This document shows, piece after piece, positions 1-11,284 of a stretch of 36,579 nt of DNA. The first letter of the stretch is position 1. Every line of letters starts with the position of its first letter. This DNA comes from Asterionella formosa (lineage: Eukaryota): positions 1 to 36,579 of the forward strand of contig NKIB01015315.1 in assembly GCA_002256025.1 (NCBI GenBank), in the 5' to 3' direction. The notes under the pieces are model-generated. The model was not told the origin of the DNA and searched no databases. It saw nothing but the letters and a program-made list of their open reading frames with translations. A program made the translations under genes and the position numbers.

Positions 1-134
1 AAATCAGCCACTGACTTGTAGGTACAAGAATTGACACAACAAAAATTGAAAAAACTCAACAGGTCGTGGAAAACTATGAACTCATCATGCATTGTATATA
101 TTTGAATTATGTATAATCAAAATTGATATTAGTT

Positions 135-1603
135 TACACAGGATGTGCCGTATCATGAGGGTGTTTCAAAATATGCAAATGTTGAACTATATATACAATT
201 AAACTTCTTACAAATCTTTATATATATGTATTCATGGCTGAAACATTTGAAATCATGTTTTCATGTGGTTCCTTGTCATGCATCCACTTTGCTCCTGAAA
301 TGAAGGATTAACACAGCTGATGAAGCAGAAAACGAAAGTGATAATAAAGCACAATGAGCGATACTTGCGGCTTAGAAGAGAAGGGCGGAATCAATTGATG
401 GTAAGTCAAGAGCAAATGCCTTTCATGTTCCTTGTCATGCTGCATACACTTCCTGAAATGAAGGATCTCAAGCAACGAAAAACTGAAGTGACAATACACC
501 ATGCGGCTAAGAAGGAGTGAATATGATGGGCGGAGAAGGGCGGAATCAACAAGCTGTGTATAGCATCACGGTTTGTCAAGAGCATATGCCAGGATGATCA
601 ATTGTTGAGATTACAATTACGGAATGACTCGTCCCCTTTCAGTGATTCAATAGCTCCTTTCCGATTTGGTGACTGGCCAACCATCAATGGCTGTGGACAA
701 AAGAAATCGGTAAGCGCTGCCTATCAGCCATCTTTGGATCAATCTACAACTGTTAGAAAAACTGACACATATGTGTTGCTTCTTTCAGGATAATGATAGA
801 CAAACAGTAATTGTTAGTTACAAACAGCAGTGCTGGAGCCCGTTTATTGATCGATACTTTGCTTCTCATTCAATCTTCGACTGACACATTCTTCTACTGA
901 CACATTCTTCTACAGAAATATGCATCAGTTACTTCCTCAATTTTTGGTAAGTGAAGATAGAAGCGAAATGAATGTTGTTGTGTAAGCAAAACATGAACAG
1001 CTAACAATGAATTGCTTCTCTTTGTTAGTATGATTGGGACAACGAAACGGATTACATAGTAATAGGAAAATGCGTGAATGCAAACTCAGATCCGTCAGGA
1101 GTAAATGGAACAAAGCAAGCAGGGGAACAACGGCAAGGCAACCAGTACAACACCCTTCAGAATTGGATTGGGGGAGGGGGAGGTGGAAGTGAAAGCGGCA
1201 CCAACAATCATTGCAATGAGAGCATTGTAGAACATTCTGTAGCCACTTAAGATATGATAGAATCATAGAACCATTCTTAGCTAAGTATAGTTCTAAATTT
1301 CGATCAATTTCATCCTATTTTAGACATTGATATCGATGAGAATTACGATCATGCTAAGATAGATGTATGACAAAAGTATACACATCATATGACCATGTTT
1401 AACTAATTATATGATGCAATGGTATTATAACTATGATAGTCTCATCATACTTCAAGCTCGGTAAAAGTTTACTGCATGATCATAATTATATGATACATTG
1501 ATCATATTTTTGATCGAAAAACTATCATATATGTGAAAATCCTGTGCCACTTAGCGTACTATACCCTTGATCATATTTTCATGATATTTTTTATTTGCAG
1601 ACG
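135..1603. mobile_element. Arm of a DNA transposon (non-coding), terminus near 1603
   Basis: The reverse complement of 1495-1603 (CGTCTGCAAATAAAAAATATCATG...GATCAAGGG...TACGCTAAGTGGCACAGGATTTT) matches 11285-11400. Patchy similarity continues from 135 to 1100 against 11880-12666. The subterminal region is rich in TGATCA/TATGAT motifs, and the end abuts a truncated transposase. Confidence 0.7.
259..590 (+). repeat. Diverged tandem duplication, ~160-170 bp unit, 2 copies
   Basis: TTCCTTGTCATG...TCCTGAAATGAAGGAT...GCGGCT...AGAAGGGCGGAATCAA...GTCAAGAGCAWATGCC occurs at 259-420 and again at 421-590. Confidence 0.8.
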
Positions 1604-3116
1604 CATGTTCCTCCTGAAAAACTCCATTCCATTCAAGAAGGAATAATGGATCACCTATGGAGCTATATTCTTATATCATTGGGCGCCCCAAAGCAGTGAA
1701 GGGTAATTCCAATAGAAAACTGCCGTTTGACCAGTTGTTCAACAAAATATCTAAACTCTTCCTTCACCAGAGCGATCAAGACCTTCCTCGTTGTTCCTTC
1801 AATTTCGGCTTTCATGGTTGCAAAACGAAAATTACTGCTAACGAGCGAAAGAATCGGAGTGATGCTTATTGCCTGTGTTGTCATGGCATGTGATGCTGGA
1901 ATCAAAATCTGCGAAGAAATAAGTGGTATGACCAATCAATAAATTCGAAACTTTCAAGGTCTATTCGAAGGGATGCTCTGCTACAATGCCTGGTTTGGTA
2001 AAGAGAGCTATGATGTGGGAAATTTACCAGGAACATCAAAGCATTGTCAACTAGTTTACCAAGCAAGCTGGTAAAATAATACCCAAGAACAACAAACTCT
2101 CAGGGATAGAAGCTTGCGAAGGTCCCTCAACAGATGCATAGTACTATAAGAAACAGTCGTCATTTCGGAAGTCCACAGGTTTTCAATGGACAAGGCCCAA
2201 TGGAAAAGAATCTTAAATTCTTGTGTAAATTACCAGCCAGGAATTCCCAGAAACGCAAAGATGTGATGGATATTCACCCAGAAACGCAAAGATGTGATGG
2301 ATATTCAAAGTGGGGCGAGAATGGTGGAGAACATGTGATCGGAACCGCTTGTAGCTAGTGGTCAGTTTCTTGGTGAAGATATTGGAAATTTAAAGAACAA
2401 GTTGCTTGGAAGCTGTCCCAGTTGACATGAAAATTGTGAAATCGAAAACAGGAGGTACTCGATATTCTCTTTTGATCGAAGAAGATGGACGCGGTGAATT
2501 TGAGAATGCCAGGTATTCGTCATCATCAAGTAGCATTTGCAAAACTGGGGTTGACCGAGATTTGAGGCGAGTTCTCGGCTCCCCACTCCTTCTTTCAAAT
2601 TGAAGTGATGAGCGATCACACTCGTACATTGTTGACAACGTAATATTACATGCCCATCCAAGCTACCGTAGAGTTCATTCCTGGTATGATTGGGCAGAGG
2701 AGTTTGCTTGGTTATATGGAGAAACAGAGGAAGTTGAGTCAATTGTGCTTGGCCAGATCTACGGTTTTATTGGGGGATTGGGTCATCAGTCTTCGATCAA
2801 TTTCACTGATCCAAGATTGCCATCATCCTCGAGAAATCAAAGCCCCGGTGTCTTTGCAATTATTCACTCCTGTAAATATGCATCAGAACCTTTGCACAAC
2901 CACTCAAGGTTGTATTAGGGGCTGATCTCACATTGGATAGTACTAGACATGGAAACAAAGGACTTTTGTTTGTTCCCGTGTATTGAGTTCATTCTCCTGC
3001 TGTTGTTGTTCCTAAACTAGTAGGGGCCACTCCGGGTAAGGTGATTCAAATCAAGCCACAGTCTGCCTGCTGGGTATCCCTATTTTATTTTGATTTTCTT
3101 GATGATACGATGGCAT
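1604..3116 (+). pseudogene. Decayed C-terminal part of a Plavaka/CMC-type DNA transposase
   Basis: Frameshifted fragments carry characteristic motifs in the expected order: PPEKLHSIQEG (~1609), HQSDQDLPRCSF, TANE/ERIG, FEGMLCYNAWF, RHFGSPQVFNG-GPMEKNLKFLCKLPARNSQKR (2134-2260) and LHAHPSYRRVHSWYDW (~2646-2694). Many stops and frameshifts. Confidence 0.7.
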
Positions 3117-3159
3117 AAAGCAACTGATAAACGAAATGTTTAGAAAAAACTGGTAGATA

Positions 3160-3393
3160 GGGGAGTGGCTTAGTGGTTAGCACACTCACTGCGGTGGCGG
3201 GTTCGATTCCTGCATTCTCCACCTGTCTTTTTCATGTAGTCCCTAGTAGGGTTCCGGGGGGTGCAGCTGACGAAAAGACAGGTCACGTTGTACTGTACGG
3301 ACGAATGCAACCGGTACTAATTGTGTGCATCTATTTGGTGGGCCCGAGTGCAACTATTGGATAGCTTTAATGTACTACAAAATTTAATTGACA
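3160..3393 (+). mobile_element. tRNA-derived SINE-like retroposon with target-site duplication
   Basis: The 5' head has an A box (TGGCTTAGTGG), a B box (GGTTCGATTCC, 3200-3210), an acceptor stem GGGGAGT/ATTCTCC and a T-stem GCGGG/CCTGC, but no proper anticodon arm. It is flanked by direct repeats TTTAGAAAAA(A)CTGGTAGATA at 3139-3159 and 3394-3413. Confidence 0.8.
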
Positions 3394-3575
3394 TTTAGAA
3401 AAACTGGTAGATAAAGATTTGGAAACGATTAATATTACTAAAAAACCAACAAACAGGGGAAGTAACATAGTATAATTAATTTTAATTTTAATAGAAATCA
3501 TTAATCTCCTTGCTGATTGACTAGTAAGGTAGATGGAGATGCTAAACATTCACTCACTTACTAACAATGCAGATT

Positions 3576-6500
3576 CATAGTCTGAATCAATCACTTTGGA
3601 TGGTCCTCCTCATCTAACTGGAATCCGATTAGAGGTTTCACAACCAGTTGAGGACACATCAGAAGACGAGGTTTCCGAGGAGGATGGGGTTGTAGAGGAT
3701 TCAGAACGTAAAAGATTCTCGCCATCAGTAGGGACATGGATTAGAACTTTTCCTGGGATGGAAACATTCTCAGAGAGAATAGAATATTTATGAAGGCCTT
3801 TTTTGGTCATCATCATATTACCTTTTCTGTTTTGAGAAACAATACCTTCATTCTTTGCAATGACAGGTGGGTCAGCAGGTTGCATAATTCGACAGATTTC
3901 TCAACAGACTTGAGAAATTCCAAAGAAGGACCATCATTGGAGACAATGGAACTATCTTCATCTTGGCTTTGTGTATTCAGCTTGGTCGTGTGCTTTGTTT
4001 GAGACACACGCTCGGGACCAGCCAGGTTTGACATGATCCTGCTGGAGTATAAGAAGTCGACCCCTTGTGACCTGATTTTCCTTGTTGTCAACCGCAGGCA
4101 ACTTCACATTCGATTTCTGAACAGCCTTGAGAATTTCCAAAGAAGGACCATCCTCTGAGACAATTGAACTATCTTCGTCGTCTTTATCTTGTTGCGGATT
4201 CACCCTGCCTGGTGGTGGTATACTTTGTTGGAGGCACAGGTTTGAGACCAGGTTTGGCATGATCCTGCTGGAGAGCGAGGGATAGAATGATGAAGCTTGA
4301 TGATAGACCAGGTTTCACCGAAAGTTTCATCTAGGTTCCTATCTCGCTGGAGGGTAAGATGTGGACCCTTCTCGACCTGCTTATGATCCTTGTTGTTGAC
4401 CGCAGGCACCTACCTTCATATTCGATTTTTCAACAGACTTGAGAAATTCCAAAGAAGGACGGTCCTCTGAGGCGATGGTAATATCTTCTTCATCTTTTCC
4501 TTGTCGATTAACCTTGTTGGTGTGCTTTGTTGAAGGCACAGGTTTGAGAGCAGGGTCTAGTACTAAAGGGGGCCGATTAACAGGAACCACAGTGCATTGC
4601 CTCTGTTTTCCTTTCGCGCAACTTTTTCTGATTGAACTGCTCATTCAAGAACTGACTAGGAACATTGTTTAGCAAAAAAATTGGTGGAGTTGGGAATGCA
4701 GTCACTTTGGCCTTTACAATATTCTTTTTCTTGGAGATAAAGGTTTCTTGCTCGATGTTTTTATGTCCCTCATTGTTAATGTTGGGCAAAGGTGGTGAAG
4801 GTAGAATCGGAATATCTATATTTTTCTTGGAGTCATCTCTGTAGGAAACGCCAAAAGTAGGCGGGCTAGAAAAAATGTGTATCCACTTTGCAATCTCTTC
4901 CACACCCTTGTTAACAGTGGTAGGCGTCTTGCTATTTTTTCCCGTCATATCTTCAATTGACGATGGGTACAACACTCGCTCTTTCCGCATACTGCAAGCA
5001 CTCCTGACGAAATTGGTGGTAGGCTGCATCAGCTTGATAGAGCAAGCTTGAATTATTTACTGTTTTAGTGGGAGTTCCAGGAACTTGTTTATTTTTCAGA
5101 TCACCAATGGATAGAGAAAGGTTCAAGTTTCCATTCACACGCCCGAATTGGTTGTCAAATCGACCGGCCTTGTGAATTCTATCCATTTCTCGATCTTGCT
5201 GTGGTTTGTGGTCGAAACTTAATGCTTACGTCTTTCCACCCGCCCTACAAACAAGGACAGCTTGGGAATCCCCAGCATTCGCAACAGTTAGTGTACGTCC
5301 AATGATAACCGGTGATAGCCTTGAAACTGGTGCCTTGAGAGCTGAACCTTTGAGTGATGATTGCTCGGCGTGAACCAAGAGTTCCTGCTGGCAGGTCAAA
5401 TTGCTTCGACCTTATCCCATGGTGGGACAGGATGAGTTCCAGCTTGATCACATTCAGGTTGTTCGTCGTACTTTCGTCGAAATTGACAACAGAAGGTAGT
5501 TCAGGATTGACACAGTGGAGGAGCTCACTCTTTGATCCACTTGACTTTGCCTCGCTACTATCATCATCTGTTAGACTATTCACATCATTGTCCTTGGAGA
5601 AAATTCGTGATTTCTTGGAAGTAGAATTAGAAGGGGGCCAGGACGCCTTCGACCTTTTCTTGATTATTGGTACAGCAACTTGTTTGGACTCCGTTTTGCA
5701 TACCATTTTGCTGGAAGTGGTAGCTAGTTTGGAATCCGGTTTGGATACTTTTTTCCTGTTTATGGCAGCTGGTTTAGAGTCTAGTTTTGATACTTTTTTG
5801 CTGGGAATTGCTGCTGGTTTGGAGTCCAATTCAGGTTCTTCTTAAGGATTAGTTACAGGCATTGATGCAACATCTCGACTCCTGGCTGTTGACTTCGCAG
5901 CGGTGTAAGCACCTGCTGCCTTGGATGCGACGGCTTTGGTAGCATCTTGCTTGGGAGTAGCTTTGGCAGAAGGCTTGAGTGCAACAGCATTTGCAGCAAC
6001 AGTTTTTGGAGGAGCCTTCGCCTTCGTCTTCGCTTGTCTTTGCAGCTTTCTTTGGAACACCCTTCTGTCACACTTGGGAATGTGATGATCCAGCAGTGGC
6101 TAGTACTACAGAAGCAGCCTTTTGTTTAGTGCTTCTCTTCGCAGGTTTCCTAACGCATAAGAAGGAGCTTGTTCCAAGCGGGCATACTCTTACCTGATGG
6201 CCGCCTTCGCATTCATCACCTCTGTCAGGCAATGAATGCATGAAAAGAAATATGCGAATGAATAGATGAAGATGAATACAGCATATTAGTAAACGAAAAT
6301 TCCTTTTTGGTTGCTTGTAGATGAAACCCCCAATTGGAAGAAACATAGAGTACACATAGACTTGCTCTTCCAATCGACGATCAAGAACATCATAATGAGT
6401 GGCTGAAAAAAGACGCCCAGCCAAATCTTTTCGCAAACGCAAGATAGGAAAGGTCTCGAAATTGGCTGGTTCTGGCATATCTGGTCCATAATTGTGTGAT

Positions 6501-6876
6501 TCAACTTCGCCATTGTTCTTGTTCGTTGTTACCACTCTCAAACACGCCTTTGCTAGTAAGTAAACAACTTGACTTGGAATGCCTGATTTCTTCTTGACTT
6601 GTTAAACATACTCCTAGTTTATTAACAAATCATTCCATTCCAATCTACAAAACTTCAGGACTATTTCGTGATGGTATGCACATTCATCTGAATAATCATA
6701 CCGTCTCCAACAGCCTTTCTGTTTCTATTCAGGAGAAAGCTGATAGAGAAGGAGCCGAAAGAATACAATTTTTGCATAAAAGTGTCTGAAAATGCATGAA
6801 CTGTCAGTCGGGGGAATTTGTGTTTACATTTTAGCATCGAACGTTTTAGTCGCCTAAAGAACAACCATTGTTGCAT
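3576..6876 (-). pseudogene. Fragmented low-complexity, repeat-rich ORF; probable accessory gene of the transposon
   Basis: A chain of minus-strand ORF pieces (6068-6541, 5842-6060, 5245-5829, 4577-5186, 3610-4644) with K/A/S-rich tracts, DSKPAAI repeats and three DEDSSIVSxDGPSLEFLKSVEKS repeats. It is convergent with the transposase remnant. Boundaries are approximate. Confidence 0.4.
3885..4560 (-). repeat. Three-copy internal coding repeat (spacing ~217 and ~313 bp)
   Basis: GATTTYTSAACAGMCTTGAGAAWTTCCAAAGAAGGAC recurs at ~3895, ~4112 and ~4424. CCTTGTTGTYRACCGCAGGCA recurs at ~4080 and ~4388. Confidence 0.85.
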
Positions 6877-7191
6877 GTTTGTATCTATGTCTATATTATA
6901 TTACAAAATGACCTAATTAAGATTCCACAGAATTACGCTGTACGACATGAAGTACCACCTGGTGCATACATGAAAGTCAGTACAAAAGAAGGGGTTGAGG
7001 TATTTCTTGCATTTTGAGCTGTTGCACCCTTTCTGAGATTTGATTTTCTCAATGTTTCTCATCAATTTGTACAGTAGATCGAAATAATTATCTAGAATAA
7101 GTTATCAAACTAGCTACTACGGACTCAATGATGTCTCTAAACTTTGGTTGTAGCTCCTAAATTGAGCAAACGACGACGAAAACAAATTCCA

Positions 7192-7375
7192 GCGGCAATT
7201 TCAAGTTTTCGTGGTCAAAATTAGAGCACAATTTTATTATTGAATGATTACCTCATCCATATACCGGTATGTCAGGCTTTATGTAGATACGAAACAGGAA
7301 TGGTCGATTGTCATTTTTCGTGGAGATATTGAGTCCGATCAGTTCGTCATGGTTAAGACGGAGATGGTGAATCGT
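7192..7375 (+). repeat. Dispersed non-coding module, copy A (most diverged)
   Basis: TTTTCGTGGTCAAAATTAG...TTTTCGTGGAGAT...TTCGTCATGGTTAAG matches the copies at 8200, 16336 and 17058. Confidence 0.55.
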
Positions 7376-7956
7376 CGACCAATAATATACAACAGCAGTA
7401 CAAAATCAAGTTTACTTAGGTGTGCGTACCAAATCTATAGATCTATGTCCCGGAATATATACACGTACATGCATTATTTTAACTTGGTGCATTTATAGTG
7501 GTCCTAACTTTATATTCATTCCTTTCTGTAATGATGATGCTGCTATTGTCGCTACCTGAGAGAACCTGTTAACCTCGTACCAGTTCCACCTGACGAGTAA
7601 AGTACAGGTATACACACACACATATGATGGCAAACTTGTGTACAACCAGGTATTAAACTTACCGGCATGCATAAGCGTTTAGCTGCCAGTTTGAGCCATA
7701 CCAATGATTCTAAACTACCTGGTACTGGTACCTGGTGCCAGGTGCTGCCGGTACGCATTTGTGGAAGTTCCGATACCGGTAATTGTGCTATAGCTAAAGC
7801 TTTAGCTACCTTTATCCTAAATAGAAACATTTGGTATCGGTATCTACTGGGCATATAGGTAGGACAAAATAATACCACCGTTACCTGTAGTCCAAAAGAT
7901 ATGCAGGTGTCATCCCAAATTTTCTAGTCGCGTGAAGGACAAGCAGTGTAAGCATA

Positions 7957-8606
7957 CCGTATACTTCATTGTCCTGGACCCCCCAATGTACACTGCCGTG
8001 ACTGAATTTGACTGATTTTACTTAAGGGGGGGGCCCAGGACAATGAAGAGATTTCCCTTATAATAGACCTAAGTAAATTTCTTTAGTTCTACAGGATAGC
8101 GCACATTTTTCTAATATGTATTAATATGACAATTATTTCTGTCTTCTGAAAAATGAGAGAGTTCTTCACCTCGCAAGAAAAACGCGACTTCATGTTGTTA
8201 TCGGCGATCTCAATTTTCGTTGTCATTATTAGTGTTATTACTTTACTTCTTTTACGATTGTATTTTCCGTGTCGTTCTTAATACAGGCAGCAAGTAGCAA
8301 AGCGTCGTTCTCTATTTTCGTGGAGGTAATTCGTATTTTCGTCATGGTCAAGCTTGCGACAACATCATGAAGGATTCTCCAGCTGCTCACAGCCACTACC
8401 TGTCGTCTCTTGTGTTTTGTATGTACAAAAGAATCGCAAAATGGTAGCTAAATAATTATATACTAGTGCCTACGAGGACAAAAAGAAATATAGCACGTTA
8501 CTTTGTCTATGACAAGAAAATTATTGGGTGTTTGCTTCCAGCTCGAGAAAAATGTACAGGGGGGTCCAGCAACCATAGGGGGGGTCCAGGACAATGAAGT
8601 ATACGG
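7957..8606. mobile_element. Non-autonomous Tc1/mariner-pogo-type element (MITE), 650 bp
   Basis: Perfect 28-bp terminal inverted repeats CCGTATACTTCATTGTCCTGGACCCCCC (7957-7984 and 8579-8606), TA on both sides (7955-56, 8607-08), and inner partial TIR copies at ~8026-8048 and ~8559-8569. Confidence 0.9.
8200..8477 (+). repeat. Dispersed non-coding module, copy B (inside the MITE)
   Basis: TTTTCGTTGTCATTATTAGTGTTATTAC...GCGTCGTTCTC...TTTCGTCATGGTCAAGCTTGCGACAACATCATG...ACAAAAGAATCGCA...AGCTAAATAAT...TACGAGG. Confidence 0.8.
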
Positions 8607-9162
8607 TAGATGTCGCATTTATGACTCTATTTAACCCCCTAATCAAGATTCCATAGAAATATGAACCACGACAATTAGTGTGTACATGAAAGTCAATGCA
8701 AAATTGACGTTGAGCCAAGAATCATCCTTTCTTCCTTTTAGTTGAATACTTTTATTCCAGGAAGGTCCGGTAATCAGCGTACATAAGCATGCGTTTTCTG
8801 TTCATCGATTCACATACGAGAAAAGTCAGGGGTAAACCCCCAAAAATTGTCGAACCCCAAAATTTTGCGCCACTCTGTTATTCTTTAAATAGAGTTGTTT
8901 ATATAGATGTTAAGCCGTTAGTCATTTTATTGTCAAAATGAACTTTAAGGTCGCGGCCCCGCAGTTACAAATTGCGAGGTCCCTTTTTTCCCAAAATATT
9001 TTTATGATGTCCCTCAATCCACACATCACGTACAAATAAAAAAATAAGTTAAAGGTAAAATTAGCTTTCACCATTACGACCACTTTGCATATGCTTAGAT
9101 ACTGTCATTGCTCAACTTAGGGGTATGATCTATATACAGATATCTTATGGTAAGGACCCCAT

Positions 9163-9282
9163 TTCTGGAGAGAAGTGGCAGTTATGTATCAGAGATTCTT
9201 AACTACCGCAAAACTAGTCAAAAAAGGGGCTACGAAGCTTTTCAAAAAATCTACGATACATAACTGCCACTTCTCTCCAGAA
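9163..9282. repeat. Perfect 28-bp inverted repeat with 64-bp spacer
   Basis: TTCTGGAGAGAAGTGGCAGTTATGTATC (9163-9190) and its exact reverse complement at 9255-9282, with an imperfect inward extension. Confidence 0.9.
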
Positions 9283-9671
9283 GTTAACTCCTGACGTTAT
9301 AGGGTACACGGCTATCTATTTTAATCGTCATGAAACCCCGTAGATGTAGAGCAATCCTCTTCCAAAAAGTCGACCCGATCGGTTTTTTCAACAGTCGCCA
9401 AAATATTGGAATCGGAATTAGTACGTGCAAAAGCCTTCTCGTAGACTTAGAGTCTTGCGTAGGTATATTCTGCTGAATAATTCTCTGTCCGAAAAGACTC
9501 CAGGGTGAATTCCGGCGTCACTACACATATTCTGATTGGTTGAATTGAATTTACTCACCTGCTCCAGATCGGCTGCAGTATCCCGGTCTTGTAAAATTAC
9601 GCCAGCCATACTTGAAACACACGTATGAGATGTACTGTACCGGTAGTCTACCTGGTAGATAAAATAAGTAC

Positions 9672-11284
9672 TAGTCATTCACTCCTATACCATTGTTTCG
9701 AATGGTGGTATCGGCTATTTACTGGGATCCTTCGGGGAACCGTTAAATCTAGATTTGCCAGTAGGGCAAATGTTGAGCAGGGTGGGCCTGGGTGGGGTTC
9801 CGAAGTTTCAGAGGCAAGGGTTTCGAAACCGTCGGCAATGTCGATCTTAATGAACGAGAGGGGGCCATGGCGCGGGTCAGCTTGGACAATCGTGTGGAGG
9901 ATCCGCGAGAGGACGTGGCCATATTGCATGGCCTCCCAGGGTGCCAGAGCGGCGGTGTGCTTATTGACATCGTGGAAGGAATAATCCACAATAGTCCGAG
10001 GGCAGCGTTCTTGTTGGGGGACAACACCGAGAGGAGAAATGTGGAGCTGGGGCCAGTGCAGTGTTTGCAACTGAGGTAGGGGACGACCACCCAGAAACCC
10101 TGATGAATCATGTCTTGAAACTCATGGCTGAGGAAGTCAAGGTGGTCAAAGGCGGATTTGTGGGGCCTAGGGCCATTAACAGGGAATGGTGTTTGGGCGA
10201 TAGGGGGTGTGTGTGGAGGACGACGGTGCGCCCCGGAGCCAAAGGTGGCTAAGGATCCGGGCAGCCGGGCAGCCGGGTGGGGGAGGGAGGCAACGGTGGG
10301 CGCGATGTCGCTCAGGCGTGGACAAAGGCTGGCCAACCGTGGGCAAGGATTTGTTTGGCGAAGGTGGCAGCGAACTTACCAATGGTGGTTGTGGTGCGAG
10401 GGGCAGGGAGGGGTACCATCATGGGACCAGGTTGTGCCACAGTGGAATCAGGGGCGGGGGCTGGGGGGCATGGGTCCAGAGAGCAGGGGGGGGGGGTTGA
10501 TCCGGTGGCCGCAGGACCTCATTGGTGAGGGCTCGGCCAGGGGGTCAGGTGGGGAGGGAGACTACCATTTTTTTCTATCCATGTTTAGAGTTTTGCGGTC
10601 TCAGCGGCTGAGTGGGGGGACATGGCCCTGGGCACAGCGGCAGCAGCAAGAGAAACAGTCGCCTTAAGAGTGATAGGACAAACACATCCTTTTCCCCGCC
10701 GAGTTGTTTGGGGGCTGGGCTTTTTGTTTGGCATCCCCGATGCGGCTGCCGGCCGCATTGAAGGCGACGTAGAGGCTATTAAGGGCGGGTTTGACAGCTG
10801 GGTCGACATTTTTGGTCAGGCGGGCATCATGGGGACTTGGGGAAATGATGGTAGGGGGTCGTGAAAAGTTTTGAATTGTAGCTCTTGAAGCAAGGCTTGG
10901 AAGTCCAGGGCCGGGAAAAGTGGCGGGAGTGGGACTGTGGGCAAGGGCAAGGAAAAAATGTTTCAGGCGGACGTCTACCCAACAGAGGATTTGGGCCGGG
11001 AGGAGTGAATGGCGGTTGAGGTCGTCCCAGTATTCCATTGCCAGCATTTCGCTATGGTGGAGGGCATGAACAAATAGGCGGTAGTGGGTGGCTGGTCAAG
11101 CGATTGTGTGGCCCAAAGACCTCTGCCAAAACCAGGAGGAAGGATTTGAGTATTATCAAGGCATGCCACCTGGCTGGTGGGTGGGAGGGGAAGTTTGGAA
11201 GCTTCCTTGAGAGCAAAAAAATCAGGGAGGGCGAGGGTGTTGGCGCCACTATGGAGATCTGAGGAGATTGCAGAGAGGTCTTTG
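9672..11284 (-). mobile_element. Truncated, internally deleted tyrosine-recombinase retrotransposon (DIRS/Ngaro type): gag-like end plus N-terminal RT
   Basis: A GC-rich island. RT motifs: GPRPHKSAFDHLDFLSHEFQDMIHQGFWVVVPY and LHISPLGVVPQQERCPRTIVDYSFHDVN...APWEAMQYGHVLSRILHTIVQADPRHGPLSFIKIDIADGF. Upstream is a gag-like region ending in a Cys/His knuckle (RMCLSYH...CFSCCRCAQGH). Frameshifted, and cut at 11284 by the DNA-transposon arm. Confidence 0.8.

Noticed and set aside
3160..3223. Functional tRNA gene
   Set aside because: The segment between the D and T arms is too short for an anticodon stem-loop, and the unit is embedded in a TSD-flanked insert.
3266..3290. Hammerhead ribozyme (CTGACGA followed by AAAG)
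   Set aside because: There is no stem II between CUGANGA and a GAAA motif, and I could not build a three-way junction.
9671..9714. Helitron 3' end (hairpin then CTAG|T on the minus strand)
   Set aside because: The pattern fits loosely, but continuity with the GC-rich YR retroelement is the simpler explanation and no Rep/helicase remnant is visible.
10158..10864. Plus-strand ORFs across the GC-rich island
   Set aside because: These are antisense shadows of the retroelement gag/RT region, favoured by high GC.
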